Assembly (NCBI GenBank): GCA_000002445.1
Contig: CP000067.1
Span: 256,001-320,000 of the forward strand
Length of the DNA stretch: 64,000 nt
Source of the DNA: Trypanosoma brucei
Lineage: Eukaryota
Reading direction: 5' to 3'
The position numbers were made by a program, and so were the translations under genes. How positions within the stretch are numbered: position 1 is the first letter of the stretch; each line of letters starts with the position of its first letter. This document shows positions 1-11,243 of this stretch, piece after piece. The notes beneath the pieces were generated by a model. It did no database searches. It was not told the DNA's origin and saw nothing but the letters and a program-made list of their open reading frames with translations.

Positions 1-505
1 CATATGCATCCGAAACCAACACGCCAACTTGTCCACAGCGATGCGCTAGTGACCCACCTCCCACCCTGCAGAATATACACATGTGCATGCGAAAGTGACA
101 CAAGTCATGCCAACAGCCCGCATGGAACAAAACGAAGAAAACAAGCACTCGTTGTCTCAGTCGGTACGCAAATGCTCCACCACACGTATTAGAGTTACGT
201 TGAGCTCCATAAAGGGTGAGCACACCGTTTGACCCCGCCGCTGAAATGAGTAAACATACAGGACTTCCACAACGCCAGTGTTCTTTTGAGAGTGCATGCC
301 GTGGTCTGGAACACAGAAAGTGCATCTCCACTACTGTTTTCTATATTCTCTTCCCTCCCCCCCTTGGGCACATACACACACGCACACACATACATGGGCA
401 AAGGGTTTCTCCAAGGCACCACCGCCGTGTGGGAGGGATGGTGGAAGAGAAGAGTTTTGATTGGAATCACCTCACTTCGTTTCGGGTTAATGTGAATTTT
501 CGGTA

Positions 506-1201
506 TTAACTGTGTACTAAATCAGGACTCCGCGTCCCCTCGCCGGATATATCCTCCTCGTCCACAGAGCAGCAAAGCATGGCGAATGTACGCCAATCAC
601 ATTGACGTGCGTCTCCACCACCCGACAGCAAAAGCATGCGCACGCATTCCGGGTACTCCCGCATCGTACACTCGTGCCAAAACATTCCAGAAAATTCGGG
701 AATGAAGAGCCACTCCCGCCACCCCTTACAAACGTTCTCGGCGACACTTAATGTGAATTCAAGCGGAAGGTACGACAACACATGAAGTACGAGGGTAGAG
801 TGTTGGTGCCAGCGTAAGTCCACGCAATGGGAATTCAGGACTGAGGTTGGCTCCGCATCACTACTAATGTTTGGCGCACCTCCCTCAGAAAGGTACACTG
901 CTACCTCCTCAGCAAACCGCTTAATCATCATTTCCTCTGTCACATCAAGTTCGTTTTGTTCCTTGGGTGTTATACGTAGAGCGGTTGGGAGCCCATGTTC
1001 CCTCGTAACGTCATCAACGGCACAACACGCCTCCCTCGCCTGTCGCTGAGCATCCAGCAGTAGAGCATAAGCGCCATTAAGCTCCTCGACAACATCAGGT
1101 GTGAAAATGTCCGGATAGGCAGCAGCAGTGACCAATCGCTCCTCCGGTTGCCCCTTTATGTACTGTGCAAGCAAACATGCAATGTCCGCACTTGTACGCA
1201 T
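506..1201 (-). CDS. hypothetical conserved protein (about 231 aa from first in-frame ATG; ORF track start at 1240 is GTG)
   Basis: Long minus-strand ORF, in frame with the surrounding unidirectional gene array. ATG at 1201-1199 checked in sequence. No recognisable domain. Confidence 0.45.
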   Translation of the reverse strand: MRTSADIACLLAQYIKGQPEERLVTAAAYPDIFTPDVVEELNGAYALLLDAQRQAREACCAVDDVTREHGLPTALRITPKEQNELDVTEEMMIKRFAEEVAVYLSEGGAPNISSDAEPTSVLNSHCVDLRWHQHSTLVLHVLSYLPLEFTLSVAENVCKGWREWLFIPEFSGMFWHECTMREYPECVRMLLLSGGGDARQCDWRTFAMLCCSVDEEDISGEGTRSPDLVHS

Positions 1202-1665
1202 TTCCGCCTCCAGTTCGTATACAGACACACCCACACACACTGCGGTGCCCTAACAGTACTTCCTATGGGGGACCGCAGCTAATGTGATTAAACAAATGCG
1301 AAATGAAGACATACATGATGAATGGAGATGGGCAATAGAAAAGGGGGTAAGGAAGCAGTGAAGAAGAGTAGAGAAGAAGAGTGGACACATTGGTGAAGAC
1401 TGCAAGTAACACATTCACCTGGGGAATGTGTTGAGAGGAATAAAAGGAGCCCGGAAGTGAGCATGATGTCGCGGAGGGGAGGCAAAAACAAATGCGTGCA
1501 CATTCATGTGCTCCCATGCCCTTCTTTCGCTTTCCAATTAAGTCAGTCATAACTAACCAATCAAGCAGGCTTGACAAAGGGGGGAAAAAAATCATTAAAA
1601 GAAGAGGAAAATACAACGATAGAAATAAACGGGGTATGGCAGAACAAATGCTTAATTGATGAATG

Positions 1666-2442
1666 CTAATGGGGTGAAGCGCTGACGCTGGTTGCTTCCA
1701 TAAAACTGCCGATCAGTTCCTCGAGCGCCACCCTATACTCCAATCTATCTTTATTGACGCTATTGCTACAACCACTACTTTTGCGTGTGCTTGATGACGA
1801 CGTCGCCGTCTCCTCTGCTGAGATGTCATCCAACGCCATTTGCAGTTTTCTGTTCTCCTCACAAAGTTTCCGGTATTTGGTACGTACGCTATAAAGCTTT
1901 TGCTGTAGTCCAGCTTGCTCCTTCTCCCCGCACGTAGAGCACGCGGTTGCAACACGAACCGCTTCATCCGAAGGACCCACAGAAGGTGGCACTATTGGAA
2001 GAGCTTGCGAGCTGAGCTTTTCTGGCGATGCCCCCATCCCTACCCCACATGGTTGGGTACATCTACTCTTCAACTGCATGAGCGCCGTATCCGCCTCCTT
2101 CAGGGCCACCCGGAGTTGCTCCTGTCGCTTCCTTGCCGCAACATCCAGTCGCAACAGGCGCCTCTTACGACATTGTGCCTCCTCTATCTTGTGGTCAAGG
2201 GCCTGTAGTTCGCTCATCATCCTCGCTGTCTCCGTTGTCTGAACTCGCAGTCTGTTTTCCAAGGTCTTATGTAGCCGGGACTTTTCCTCCACTAGACGGC
2301 GGAGCTCTTTGACCCTTGACTTGACGCCCAAAATTAGCGGATCTCCGCCCACCTGAGCAGACGGCGGTCGCTTCGTCAACGATAAGTGACCGGAGCACTC
2401 AAGTGCAGAATGCCCCCCATGCTGTTGATCCACCTCTGACAT
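1666..2442 (-). CDS. coiled-coil protein (hypothetical), about 258 aa
   Basis: ORF 1666..2604 minus. The N-terminal 54 codons translate a polypyrimidine tract (FLCFLRSLLF), so the likely start is ATG 2442-2440. The rest is heptad-rich and charged (ELRRLVEEKSRLHKTLENRL..). Confidence 0.45.
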   Translation of the reverse strand: MSEVDQQHGGHSALECSGHLSLTKRPPSAQVGGDPLILGVKSRVKELRRLVEEKSRLHKTLENRLRVQTTETARMMSELQALDHKIEEAQCRKRRLLRLDVAARKRQEQLRVALKEADTALMQLKSRCTQPCGVGMGASPEKLSSQALPIVPPSVGPSDEAVRVATACSTCGEKEQAGLQQKLYSVRTKYRKLCEENRKLQMALDDISAEETATSSSSTRKSSGCSNSVNKDRLEYRVALEELIGSFMEATSVSASPH

Positions 2443-3312
2443 ATTTTCCTGTCGCGCTCGTGAGAGAGTGAGCCACTTTACTAACAAATTGCTTCCCGCC
2501 ACTGTGAACAAGAGCGATCGAAGAAAGCAAAGGAAGGGAGACGAAAGACAAGATGCGGGGCTGACCAAAAAGGGAGCGAGCATGCATCTGGAAAAATAGA
2601 GCAAAAACCAGAACGCAACAAAGTAAGCTAAGCCGAAATAAGTGTGATACGCTTACTGCCAACTAAACTTCGCCTGCGAATGCAGCACTTGGCACGCATG
2701 CAGGTCAGGGAACACGTAAAGTAGCCCTTCAACCCACAGGGTGAAACAACACAAAGTAGAAGTATATAAACAATTGGAACGAGGGTCACCCCAACTACTA
2801 TTTTACTTGCGCAGTGTCACCCTGTGGCCCACTACCAGTTATTTATCTTCCACCGACAGCACTTCCGAACTTAGACAAGAAACGGTCGTAACGGTTGTTA
2901 TACGAGTTCTACAACACACTCACTACCACCCCTCCTCCTCCCCACGCATTCTCCAACTACTGGCTTTTCAGTTTACCGTCATCCTCAAGTGGGGACCAAC
3001 TTTTTGACTATTAAATTGCGTAGAGTGGTGAGGGGATCAGGTGGAGAACAAGCAAGAACCCATCACCCACATCTGACGGCTATGTTTTATCGGTAAGCAA
3101 CAAAGTTGGAAATAGGGGGAAAATGAGGAAGGATGAGATAGTAAGCGCAGTGAAACAGCAATCGCTCAGAGATCCGCGCATTATTTGCTTTTAAGTATGC
3201 ATACAAATACTTTTTAGTCACAGCGAGGAGGATGTTGATTGGGTGCACTATCCTCACAGAAGAAGCAGGGTGATTGCAGCCAGACGCCGCGTGTCCTCGG
3301 CATAAACCAAAA

Positions 3313-4074
3313 TCACTGCTCAAAGCGTACAGAATAGCCGCCTGTGTTAGGGTCTTTGTCGAACTTGAAATTGTCTGTAGACAATCCAAAATAGTTTAAA
3401 AAACGGTTTCCCATATTTTTCAGTTCCCCGAGCATCTTCTGCATCTCTTCATCTACTTTCGCCTTTGCCTGCCTTTTGCGGTCCTGGCTGCCAGCATCCA
3501 GCGTGCCACCTAGCTTTTCGTATTCCTCATAATCCCCGTACGCATTGGACCACTTCCCCAACACATAATAGCACTCAGCACGTCGATAATACGCCTTACT
3601 GTACTGCTTATTGTGTCGAATCGCCTCGCTGAGGTGAGTGATAGCGTCTTCGGGCATCCCCTGCTTTGATAAACACAGGCCGGCATTGCAGTACACCTGT
3701 GATGTAAGTGTGTAATCAATACCATCATCGTCACCGTCCTGAGCCGCGTCATCGGCCCCCACTTTGGAGGACTTTTCGGTACCGGGTGCTGAACTTTTCT
3801 CTGACACCACACTGGACTCCCCAATGGAGTTCTGAGCTGTACCTTCTGAACCACACGGCGGTACCTCGTCCTGTCGGTGCTGCGTTGGCTTCTTCACCGG
3901 CTTCAATGGTGCGTGCTTAATTGCCTCGCGATACAACTCCAGCGCTTCAGCCACTCGGTCCGCAGCGAATAAATCGTTTCCCGCCTTCTTCAACCTTTCG
4001 CACTCCACCACATCAGGTATCCTCTCGGGCTGGTCCAGTTCGCCATTAGCAGGTAATTCGTCGCTTGTGGTCAT
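3313..4074 (-). CDS. tetratricopeptide-repeat protein, TTC1-like
   Basis: TPR helices (AEALELYREAIKHAP; YCNAGLCLSKQGMPEDAITHLSEAI; YSKAYYRRAECYYVLGKW). C-terminus FGLSTDNFKFDKDPNTGGYSVRFEQ matches the conserved TTC1 C-terminal motif. ORF-track start 4134 is TTG; first ATG at 4074. Confidence 0.6.
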   Translation of the reverse strand: MTTSDELPANGELDQPERIPDVVECERLKKAGNDLFAADRVAEALELYREAIKHAPLKPVKKPTQHRQDEVPPCGSEGTAQNSIGESSVVSEKSSAPGTEKSSKVGADDAAQDGDDDGIDYTLTSQVYCNAGLCLSKQGMPEDAITHLSEAIRHNKQYSKAYYRRAECYYVLGKWSNAYGDYEEYEKLGGTLDAGSQDRKRQAKAKVDEEMQKMLGELKNMGNRFLNYFGLSTDNFKFDKDPNTGGYSVRFEQ

Positions 4075-5002
4075 TGGTTTTGAAGTTTTCTCACGCCCGT
4101 TGTGTTGTAATGAGGAAGTCCGAAACACAAACAAATCAACCCTATGACAAAGTAAGCAACTAACGCAGCGAGAAGTAGAGATGTAAGAAGCGAAAAGTGA
4201 GAAAAGTTGAGCGCACTACAAGACTAAGAAAAAATAAACCATTTGATGACATGCGAGAAGGGTTATGGGGCCTACGTACGTGCACAGTACCCAAAAAAAA
4301 AAAAAAGTAAAACGCTTCATCAAAAACACTTTCAGCATCGAAGGTGTGGCGGGATGCCACTATACGCTACCAGATAGTACAGCGATGTCAGACAAAAAAA
4401 TTTGCGAGCACAACCGCCTTTAAGTGGTATTTATGATTCACGTGCCGCCCCGCACAATACATGACGCGGGTGCCTAATGGTACACGCTGATCGTTCATCA
4501 GAATGCACGTGTTCCTATCGAAATTTGTCCGAAGTCCGCTCATCCTCGTATTCGTCTGCCTGCGGGAAAGTAGACACACCCAATAGATATTTCCAGGTTT
4601 TACACGATGGCGACTTACTTCACCCCGCCCAGACTTGAAACGCTGAACTGACACGCGATGAGCTACCGCAGGGAAGACGCGGCAGTGGGCAAAGCGCTCC
4701 GCTGTTGCTTTCGATATAAGTCGCACATGTTTACAGTTTGTGTTGTCAACACAGTGGAGTTTCACCTGGTCACTAAACGGCACGCCTGTGCCATACCCCT
4801 CAGCACCGGTTCCCCATCGTGACCGGTATGATGCTTTTCGCCGGATTATTAAATTGTGCCGAAACCACGACTTGTTCGCAGGTTTTCCTGCTGGGAGCTT
4901 AGCCGCCGCATCAGCTGACGGTGCCGGCGCCAGGCGCAGCGAGAAGAAACGAAACATTAAATGCCTGGGTTGAAGCAGGCACCTTCTGATAAATATGTAT
5001 GT

Positions 5003-5022
5003 ATATATATATATATATATAT
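5003..5022. repeat. (TA)n microsatellite followed by a T10 run
   Basis: tatatatatatatatatata at 5003-5022, then tttttttttt at about 5041-5050. Confidence 0.9.
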
Positions 5023-5221
5023 AACAAATGATTAAGTACATTTTTTTTTTCGTTTTAAATGGCAGGGGCAAACAGTGGGCCGTAGAGAGTTCCAGCACAC
5101 AGTACAATTCCACTATAAGAGTAGATTAACTTTACAAAAGGGAAATCACCAAAGAATGTGAGGGAAAATTGACTCGCCGGGATTGGGGGGGGGGAAGAAA
5201 ACCAGACATCAGTTTGTAGTG

Positions 5222-5815
5222 CTATGTCATATCTGTCCCAATCTTTCGTTCCTGGTGAAACACAAGGTTCGACGGCTCCTCCGATACGGCGTGTCTCTGC
5301 CGCTTAAACTCCTTATGAAGCCCCTCACGAAGGGCCAAAAGTTTTGTCACGGAGTCATTTACGTCACCTCCAACCTCCTTGCGCAACTCCTCCTTCGCTC
5401 GCTGAAAGTTGAGGACTGCCTGGTGCTCCCACGACGCGCTAAGGGGAACTTCCTCTTCCGTCTGCGTAGCAGGGGCAACATTACCAAACACGTAATCCTT
5501 GTGCCTCATGTATGGGTAGGGATCAATACCCTTCTGCAGACACAACCGGACACGCTCCTCCTCCTTCATATACCGCGGATCATCCATCAGATAAGGCTTC
5601 AATACGGGATAGAACACGAGAGGGAAAACAGTGATACCAGAAGACACGAAGAGTACAACTACCCACGGAGACTCTTCCCCGATGCGGCGACCCAACCGGC
5701 GCACAGGGTCTGACATTCTTGCCATTGCTCTGTTGCAACCGTCACAGAAGGCTCGCATTATGTCGACTGAACGCGTCGTGAGGCGCATCTTCATTCGCGT
5801 CCAAGCAAAGGACAT
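5222..5815 (-). CDS. hypothetical single-pass membrane protein (about 197 aa)
   Basis: Minus ORF with one hydrophobic helix (WVVVLFVSSGITVFPLVFYPVL). ORF-track start 5854 is TTG; ATG at 5815-5813. Confidence 0.4.
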   Translation of the reverse strand: MSFAWTRMKMRLTTRSVDIMRAFCDGCNRAMARMSDPVRRLGRRIGEESPWVVVLFVSSGITVFPLVFYPVLKPYLMDDPRYMKEEERVRLCLQKGIDPYPYMRHKDYVFGNVAPATQTEEEVPLSASWEHQAVLNFQRAKEELRKEVGGDVNDSVTKLLALREGLHKEFKRQRHAVSEEPSNLVFHQERKIGTDMT

Positions 5816-6117
5816 AATATGTGCGCAACTAACTTGTATCCCCTCCTGTTCCAAAGGCCAGTCAGGCTGTTGTAACCACCTCTTTTATGTGGCCTCCTCT
5901 GTTTCACTGCACGTTGTTCCCCTTGACGGAAGTTAACTACAATGCGCTGGTGGCACAAAAAAAGAATATATGCACAGACATCCCCCCAGAATAGACCCAT
6001 TGAGGATAGCACACAAGCGAAGGTGAATTAATCGCCGCACTACCTTATGGCAACACGTTACGAACGCGTAACAAGTACAACTCATAGTTCTCTCGCTACA
6101 GCGTGTTTCGTTTACTC

Positions 6118-7092
6118 TCAAAAACGGTACCTCAGTAACCTCCCCAAAAGTAGATCATCTTCATGACTCAGGGCGCCTGTGACCCACGGTACCAACTCGT
6201 ACTCCATTATAACCTCCTCGGATGCTGTCAGGTCGCGTTCCAGCGCCACCAGGGCAAAAAAGTGCTCCTCCAGGAGTCGCCGGAGTGCCTCCTCTCCGTT
6301 AACGTGGCGCCGCTCTGACTCTTGCAGAAACTCGTCGCGGTACCAGCGCGGAAGCTCCTCAACCTCAAATGCAACCTCCACTCGTGCGTTTCGTCTCCGC
6401 TCACCGCCATCGTCACCGTTTACGAGATCAACAAAAGGTATTATGCCCAGTTCGACACTACTTCCCTCCCCGTTGGTCCAGCAAGCAGGAAGTCGATGAG
6501 ACCTTGTCAATATGACATCAACAGCCCAGCGAAAGTGGTTGGGGGACGGCATCAAGTTTTTTTCGGAAAGAACCTCGTATGCTGAGCAAATTTCCTCCTG
6601 CATGCTACCTTGTACCTCTATGAAGTAGGGAAGCAGTTGGACACGGTGAAGCCGACATTGTCGGCCGCTTTCGTCTTCCATCGTCCGGAAGTCCTGCATT
6701 CGGGGAAGAACGTTTAACCAGCCCCACCACGGCGACAAACTGCGCTGATGCTCAATGGCAAGCCGCCACGCCAAACTGATCCACTCCCCTGCTGTGCAGC
6801 CCAATAGCCGCGACAGCACACCGCGGTTCAGGATCTCCAACTGCGGTGATTGCATTAAGTCCTCCTGCCGCACCCTCGCGCCCAATTTCTGAACCGTTGA
6901 AAGAGAAAATGCATGCCGTGAGGGTACAACCAGCAAAGGTGTACCACTATCGCAGGCGTCCCGTACGTAAACACCATACCCAACGGACGCGTCGCGCTTC
7001 TCAATTAAAACAGTTTGGTGAAGTCCAATCCGCTTGAGAATGGCATATGTTGCGGTGTATTCCGCGAACTTACCGCTCCGTTGCCCCCGCAT
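6118..7092 (-). CDS. SET-domain protein (SETD6 / Rubisco-LSMT-like lysine methyltransferase family)
   Basis: Motifs VLIEKRDASVGYGVYV (SET N-region), IIPFVDLVNGDDGG (like the IP.ADmlNH region) and EEVIMEYE. ORF-track start 7137 is TTG; ATG at 7092. Confidence 0.55.
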   Translation of the reverse strand: MRGQRSGKFAEYTATYAILKRIGLHQTVLIEKRDASVGYGVYVRDACDSGTPLLVVPSRHAFSLSTVQKLGARVRQEDLMQSPQLEILNRGVLSRLLGCTAGEWISLAWRLAIEHQRSLSPWWGWLNVLPRMQDFRTMEDESGRQCRLHRVQLLPYFIEVQGSMQEEICSAYEVLSEKNLMPSPNHFRWAVDVILTRSHRLPACWTNGEGSSVELGIIPFVDLVNGDDGGERRRNARVEVAFEVEELPRWYRDEFLQESERRHVNGEEALRRLLEEHFFALVALERDLTASEEVIMEYELVPWVTGALSHEDDLLLGRLLRYRF

Positions 7093-7440
7093 GCCCCATG
7101 ACGCACTCCAGGCTCGAGGACAGGCGCACACACACAACTGTTAAGACGTCTACAGACTAAAAAGCGGAGGGACAAAAAAAGAAGTGCTGGGGCAGAAAAG
7201 ACAACAAGGCAAACAAGGGAGTAGTGAAAAGGTGTGCATCCTGATTCTTTTCGGCCATGAGGACCGGGCTTTTAAAAAGGAAGCAGCCGGACAAACGGTG
7301 GAGTTGATCGTAACGCCGTTAGTAGACGGCCACAGCAAAACAGAGGAGGGTATTAAAAAAAAGGGGAGAAGCAAATGAGAATAAGGGACGCAACATCCTC
7401 TCATTCTATACCTATTGAAAACAGAAACGGCTCCACCTAC

Positions 7441-10400
7441 TTAGGTGGAGGTGGAAGTTATCCCCCGGTTCCTGCCTTTCAAAGAGGTAACGTATTCCAA
7501 CACCGCTTTGGCAGAAACAACGTTCCCGACGGTGTTCAGCATGTTTGCGTAATCAACCAGGACGTTCAGTAATACTTCTCCCAGTGTTAAGGCATCAGAG
7601 GAGTCATCTTCCGCCACTGGAAGTACAATCGGTTCCTGCAAGGATTCTCGTGTGTTGAAGGAGGGATCCTCCAACAATACCATAGCCAGCAAACCGGCAA
7701 TGTCTTCAAACTGGGAAGACTCACTAAGCAAAACGAGCACCTGAAACGGAAGGGCCTGCGAAGCCAACATTACTGCCGCTTCCATTACCTGACCGTGCCT
7801 GACCAAGTGCGAACACCATCGGCAGATAAGATCTCGTTGCTGCTTGACTGGAAGGGGAGAAAGTTTTGCAAGCACAGCACCCTCACCCCACTTGCCCGAA
7901 AGCTGCAAAGCTTTCACTGCTTCATAGAAGTGGCCCGACAGCATGTACTTATCGACGGCACTGTCTAAGTCACCCCGAGCTCGCAGAAGAGAAGCCACCC
8001 GGCTTGTTGTAAGTGTCAAAAGCTCCGAAGCTGGTCCACTGAGGGCAGCAACCGATGCAGAGATAGCCACAGCAAAATCTGACAGGTGAGGAAACCGGTT
8101 GTCTTCATGACTGACGTCCATGAGGACATCTATAGCTTTTTGTGGCTGCTGAAGCTTCAACAACTCGCGCGCAGTGAGAAACCGTTGTGAAAACACGTCA
8201 ATCTCCTTCCCTTTAGACGCTTCAAGCGCCTCAGCACGGCGTTCGTTCATGTAGACATGGTTGTTGTAAACTACCTCGGATGCCGCGGAAACTTCAGAAA
8301 AGCGATCCGCGCAGTAATAAGGTACTGGGGGTCCAACTTCTGGACCTCCCTTCCATCGTTCAACAGACTTGGACTGCTGACCACCATCGCCACCAGCCTC
8401 AGCGCCGCTACAGTTAAGACCGCGCCTCAAGCAGAACTGCATCCACAGACGCTGTCTCTCCTGTTGACCAAAAAAACGAGCTACCCAAAGGGCAATCTCA
8501 TCAGTACGACTCTGTGTAAACGCATGTTGTATCCCCTCGTAAATATACCTCGGTACCATCGTCTTCCTGTAAAGATCCAGTTCACGTGTCAAAGAGGAAA
8601 TGGCGGCGGTGATCACCTGTCCAAAAGGACCGCGACACGGAAACCGCTCAGGATTAATGCCCCGAATTAGGCAACTTGGACAGATATCACTTGAGGGTCG
8701 AACTTCAGAGGGTACCGCTGAGCATGCGACTTGGGTCTCCAGCACTGTTTGAATGTACATCCGATGCTCCGGAACAAAAAAGGCACTGTTCTGGAGTGGC
8801 CGTCTCAATGCCTTACTGAACACACTACTATTGATACTGGTGAGTAACTTGTCAACCACTACAATGTTACCGGTTAGGGTTAGAAGGAGAAGTGCATCTC
8901 CCAACCACGTTGCCCCACGCGCCTTCAGGTTGATGTCTGTGTTCTTGGAATATCCCATGCGTTCTTGACTGGATATACTCCAGACGCCGAAGGAGCCATC
9001 CGAAAAAACGACCGCAAGATACTCCTCTGACCAATTTCCTGCGTCGGAGGGTTCCCCTTTGTTATCGGATCCACCTCCGCCCTTTGATACGGCCAATGCA
9101 ATTGCAGTCTTCGCCGCGGGGATATCCTTCAGTGATCGCACATGCAACCCAGACGTTCCCACGCCAACAACAGTCACCGCACCAGAGCCGTCAACAACGA
9201 CGGAAGCATCCCTTGTTGGAGTACATAACACCCGGGTAGACGACCCGTTGGGAAACCTCGGGACCGCGTCGCGGTTTGGAACCACTTGATCCCACGACAC
9301 TGTCCAGAAACTCATGGAACCATCTGAAAAAACAATCAAAAGGAGCTCTGGAGCCCCCTTCAAACCCGCTAGGACGGGTGTAAAGATTTGGGGAGCCCAG
9401 GAGGCACTCGCCACCCCTGTCCCTTCATAGGAGTAAATGATGCGGCTTTCTGTAATGTTCCAAACCTCGAACGTGCCGCCAAAGAAAGTTAAAAGCAGGA
9501 ACGTCCCAGTCGCGTCTTGCGTGATATTCTTCATGCGTGTAGCATCAGAGTACTTGGGCTCACGCAGCACTTGGAGCACCACACCGCTGTGACAGTCAAA
9601 CAATGTCACCTGGTGATGTTGTTTAGACTGCTCAGCCTTATTCGTCACCACCCACACACATTCCTTAGAACTGTGCGGCGCGAGAAGTATGATATGAGTG
9701 TTGCTTGTATTAACAAAATTTATTCGTCTCAGGGCGTTGCTGTGTGCCACATCAACCAGGGCCAAGTAACCTGCCTCCAGGGCACAGCACAGCGTGTTGT
9801 CGCCAAGTACGCAAAACCCGGTGGGCTTCTTTAGAGCGGCGGAAAAATAACTGTCGATCACCCACCGTCGGCAATCCACCCTGTACCGCCACCGTGCCAC
9901 AGATCCATCAGAAAATATGACGGCAAAAACATTTGGTGCTGACAGAGACTGGATAACATTTGTTGCCACCTTTGACGCAATACGCGCACCCCTGACATCA
10001 GTAGACACACTCGTTGCCTTGCCCACACGTAGCAGGTACCACGCAGTGAGTCGCTGGTTTGATCCATACGAATACAAAAGTGGAAGCTGCTGCGTATCTT
10101 CAGTCAGTGTGCTCGGTGCAGAAGAGAAAATGCGTCTGAATTCACCATCACCCGCGCTGTATCGTAACACGTTCTCATCGAGAAGCAAGTTTGCCCTGCA
10201 GTCATAGACGCCCACTGAGTTTCTCGTAGCAAAGTACAGGAGCCCCTCCTGAGACTCGCTAAACACAGCGTCCACGACAGTTTCAAAACCGTCCGTGCTT
10301 TCGAATACCAAATTCTTCACACATGCACGGGGGCTTTTCCCATTCCGGTCCTGATCCTGAGAGTAAATCATACCAATTCGGTCACCAAGAACAACACAGG

Positions 10401-10977
10401 AGGTCCAAAATTCACTAAGTTTCGATGTGCGCACGCAAAGTGGGATGAACTTCTCGTTAGTTCCGAGTGCAAAAGTTAGTTGAGGGTCATCGCATGGGTC
10501 ATTGCTCGAAAGATGCGAGTCGTATACAAAACAGGAAGAGTCTTGCGTCACCACAAGGATACGCTTCTTCGTCACAAGGGATATTGCGCAAATGGGACGG
10601 TTGCTAGGAAGCTGGACACTGTTGACAGTCGTACCTTCCGTGACGTTCCATACCTTCAAAACACCCGTTCGGTCGCCCGTAAAAAGTAACAACCCCTGAT
10701 GTGAGCACGAAGGCGACGTCGGATTCCACTGAACAGATGTTACCGGTGAAGCATGGCCATGTAATGTTTGCACCAACTGCATGCTGTTTATATCAATTAT
10801 AATCACTTCGCCAGAGCCCTCGCAATAGGAGCTCGTTGCCAACAAATCATGGCAACTTATCTGAGCTGCTTGATACGGCCATTTCTTTATGTCCTCAATA
10901 AGAGCGGCGGAAGCGCCACCCGAAGCCAACTTTCCAGGAATTAGTCTGGGACACAAAATGGCAGTCAACTGGCTCAT
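7441..10977 (-). CDS. large WD40 beta-propeller plus alpha-helical solenoid protein (about 1178 aa; coat/IFT/nucleoporin-like architecture)
   Basis: N-terminal half has repeated WD-like blades (LHGHASPVTSVQWNP; LLFTGDRTGVLKVWNV; VVFSDGSFGVWSI). C-terminal 450 aa are helical. ORF-track start 11007 is TTG; ATG at 10977. Confidence 0.7.
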   Translation of the reverse strand: MSQLTAILCPRLIPGKLASGGASAALIEDIKKWPYQAAQISCHDLLATSSYCEGSGEVIIIDINSMQLVQTLHGHASPVTSVQWNPTSPSCSHQGLLLFTGDRTGVLKVWNVTEGTTVNSVQLPSNRPICAISLVTKKRILVVTQDSSCFVYDSHLSSNDPCDDPQLTFALGTNEKFIPLCVRTSKLSEFWTSCVVLGDRIGMIYSQDQDRNGKSPRACVKNLVFESTDGFETVVDAVFSESQEGLLYFATRNSVGVYDCRANLLLDENVLRYSAGDGEFRRIFSSAPSTLTEDTQQLPLLYSYGSNQRLTAWYLLRVGKATSVSTDVRGARIASKVATNVIQSLSAPNVFAVIFSDGSVARWRYRVDCRRWVIDSYFSAALKKPTGFCVLGDNTLCCALEAGYLALVDVAHSNALRRINFVNTSNTHIILLAPHSSKECVWVVTNKAEQSKQHHQVTLFDCHSGVVLQVLREPKYSDATRMKNITQDATGTFLLLTFFGGTFEVWNITESRIIYSYEGTGVASASWAPQIFTPVLAGLKGAPELLLIVFSDGSMSFWTVSWDQVVPNRDAVPRFPNGSSTRVLCTPTRDASVVVDGSGAVTVVGVGTSGLHVRSLKDIPAAKTAIALAVSKGGGGSDNKGEPSDAGNWSEEYLAVVFSDGSFGVWSISSQERMGYSKNTDINLKARGATWLGDALLLLTLTGNIVVVDKLLTSINSSVFSKALRRPLQNSAFFVPEHRMYIQTVLETQVACSAVPSEVRPSSDICPSCLIRGINPERFPCRGPFGQVITAAISSLTRELDLYRKTMVPRYIYEGIQHAFTQSRTDEIALWVARFFGQQERQRLWMQFCLRRGLNCSGAEAGGDGGQQSKSVERWKGGPEVGPPVPYYCADRFSEVSAASEVVYNNHVYMNERRAEALEASKGKEIDVFSQRFLTARELLKLQQPQKAIDVLMDVSHEDNRFPHLSDFAVAISASVAALSGPASELLTLTTSRVASLLRARGDLDSAVDKYMLSGHFYEAVKALQLSGKWGEGAVLAKLSPLPVKQQRDLICRWCSHLVRHGQVMEAAVMLASQALPFQVLVLLSESSQFEDIAGLLAMVLLEDPSFNTRESLQEPIVLPVAEDDSSDALTLGEVLLNVLVDYANMLNTVGNVVSAKAVLEYVTSLKGRNRGITSTST

Positions 10978-11243
10978 ATTTTGCTCTGCTTTCGGTGAGT
11001 TATACAAAAATGTGTGTACAGGGGTGTATTACACGGGGGACCAGCCTTCTCTACCCTATACAACATTAAGTGAATTAGCGGATTGCAAAAAAAAGGACCA
11101 AAACCAAAAACCGAGGACAGAGAAAAAAAGTTAGCGGGACAACTAAGGAAAGGTAAGAAGCAAAATAAAATGGCAGTGGAACACCTCCAGTTATTGGTAT
11201 TCAACCAGATCGCCAAATAACGCGTGTTACCTTTACTCGCTTA

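Noticed and set aside
4388-5113. 241-aa minus-strand ORF between the TTC1-like and single-TM genes.
   Set aside because: It translates through the (TA)n and poly-T microsatellites (YIYIYIYTYIF), is Arg-rich and low-complexity, and has no domain. It is most likely intergenic spacer.
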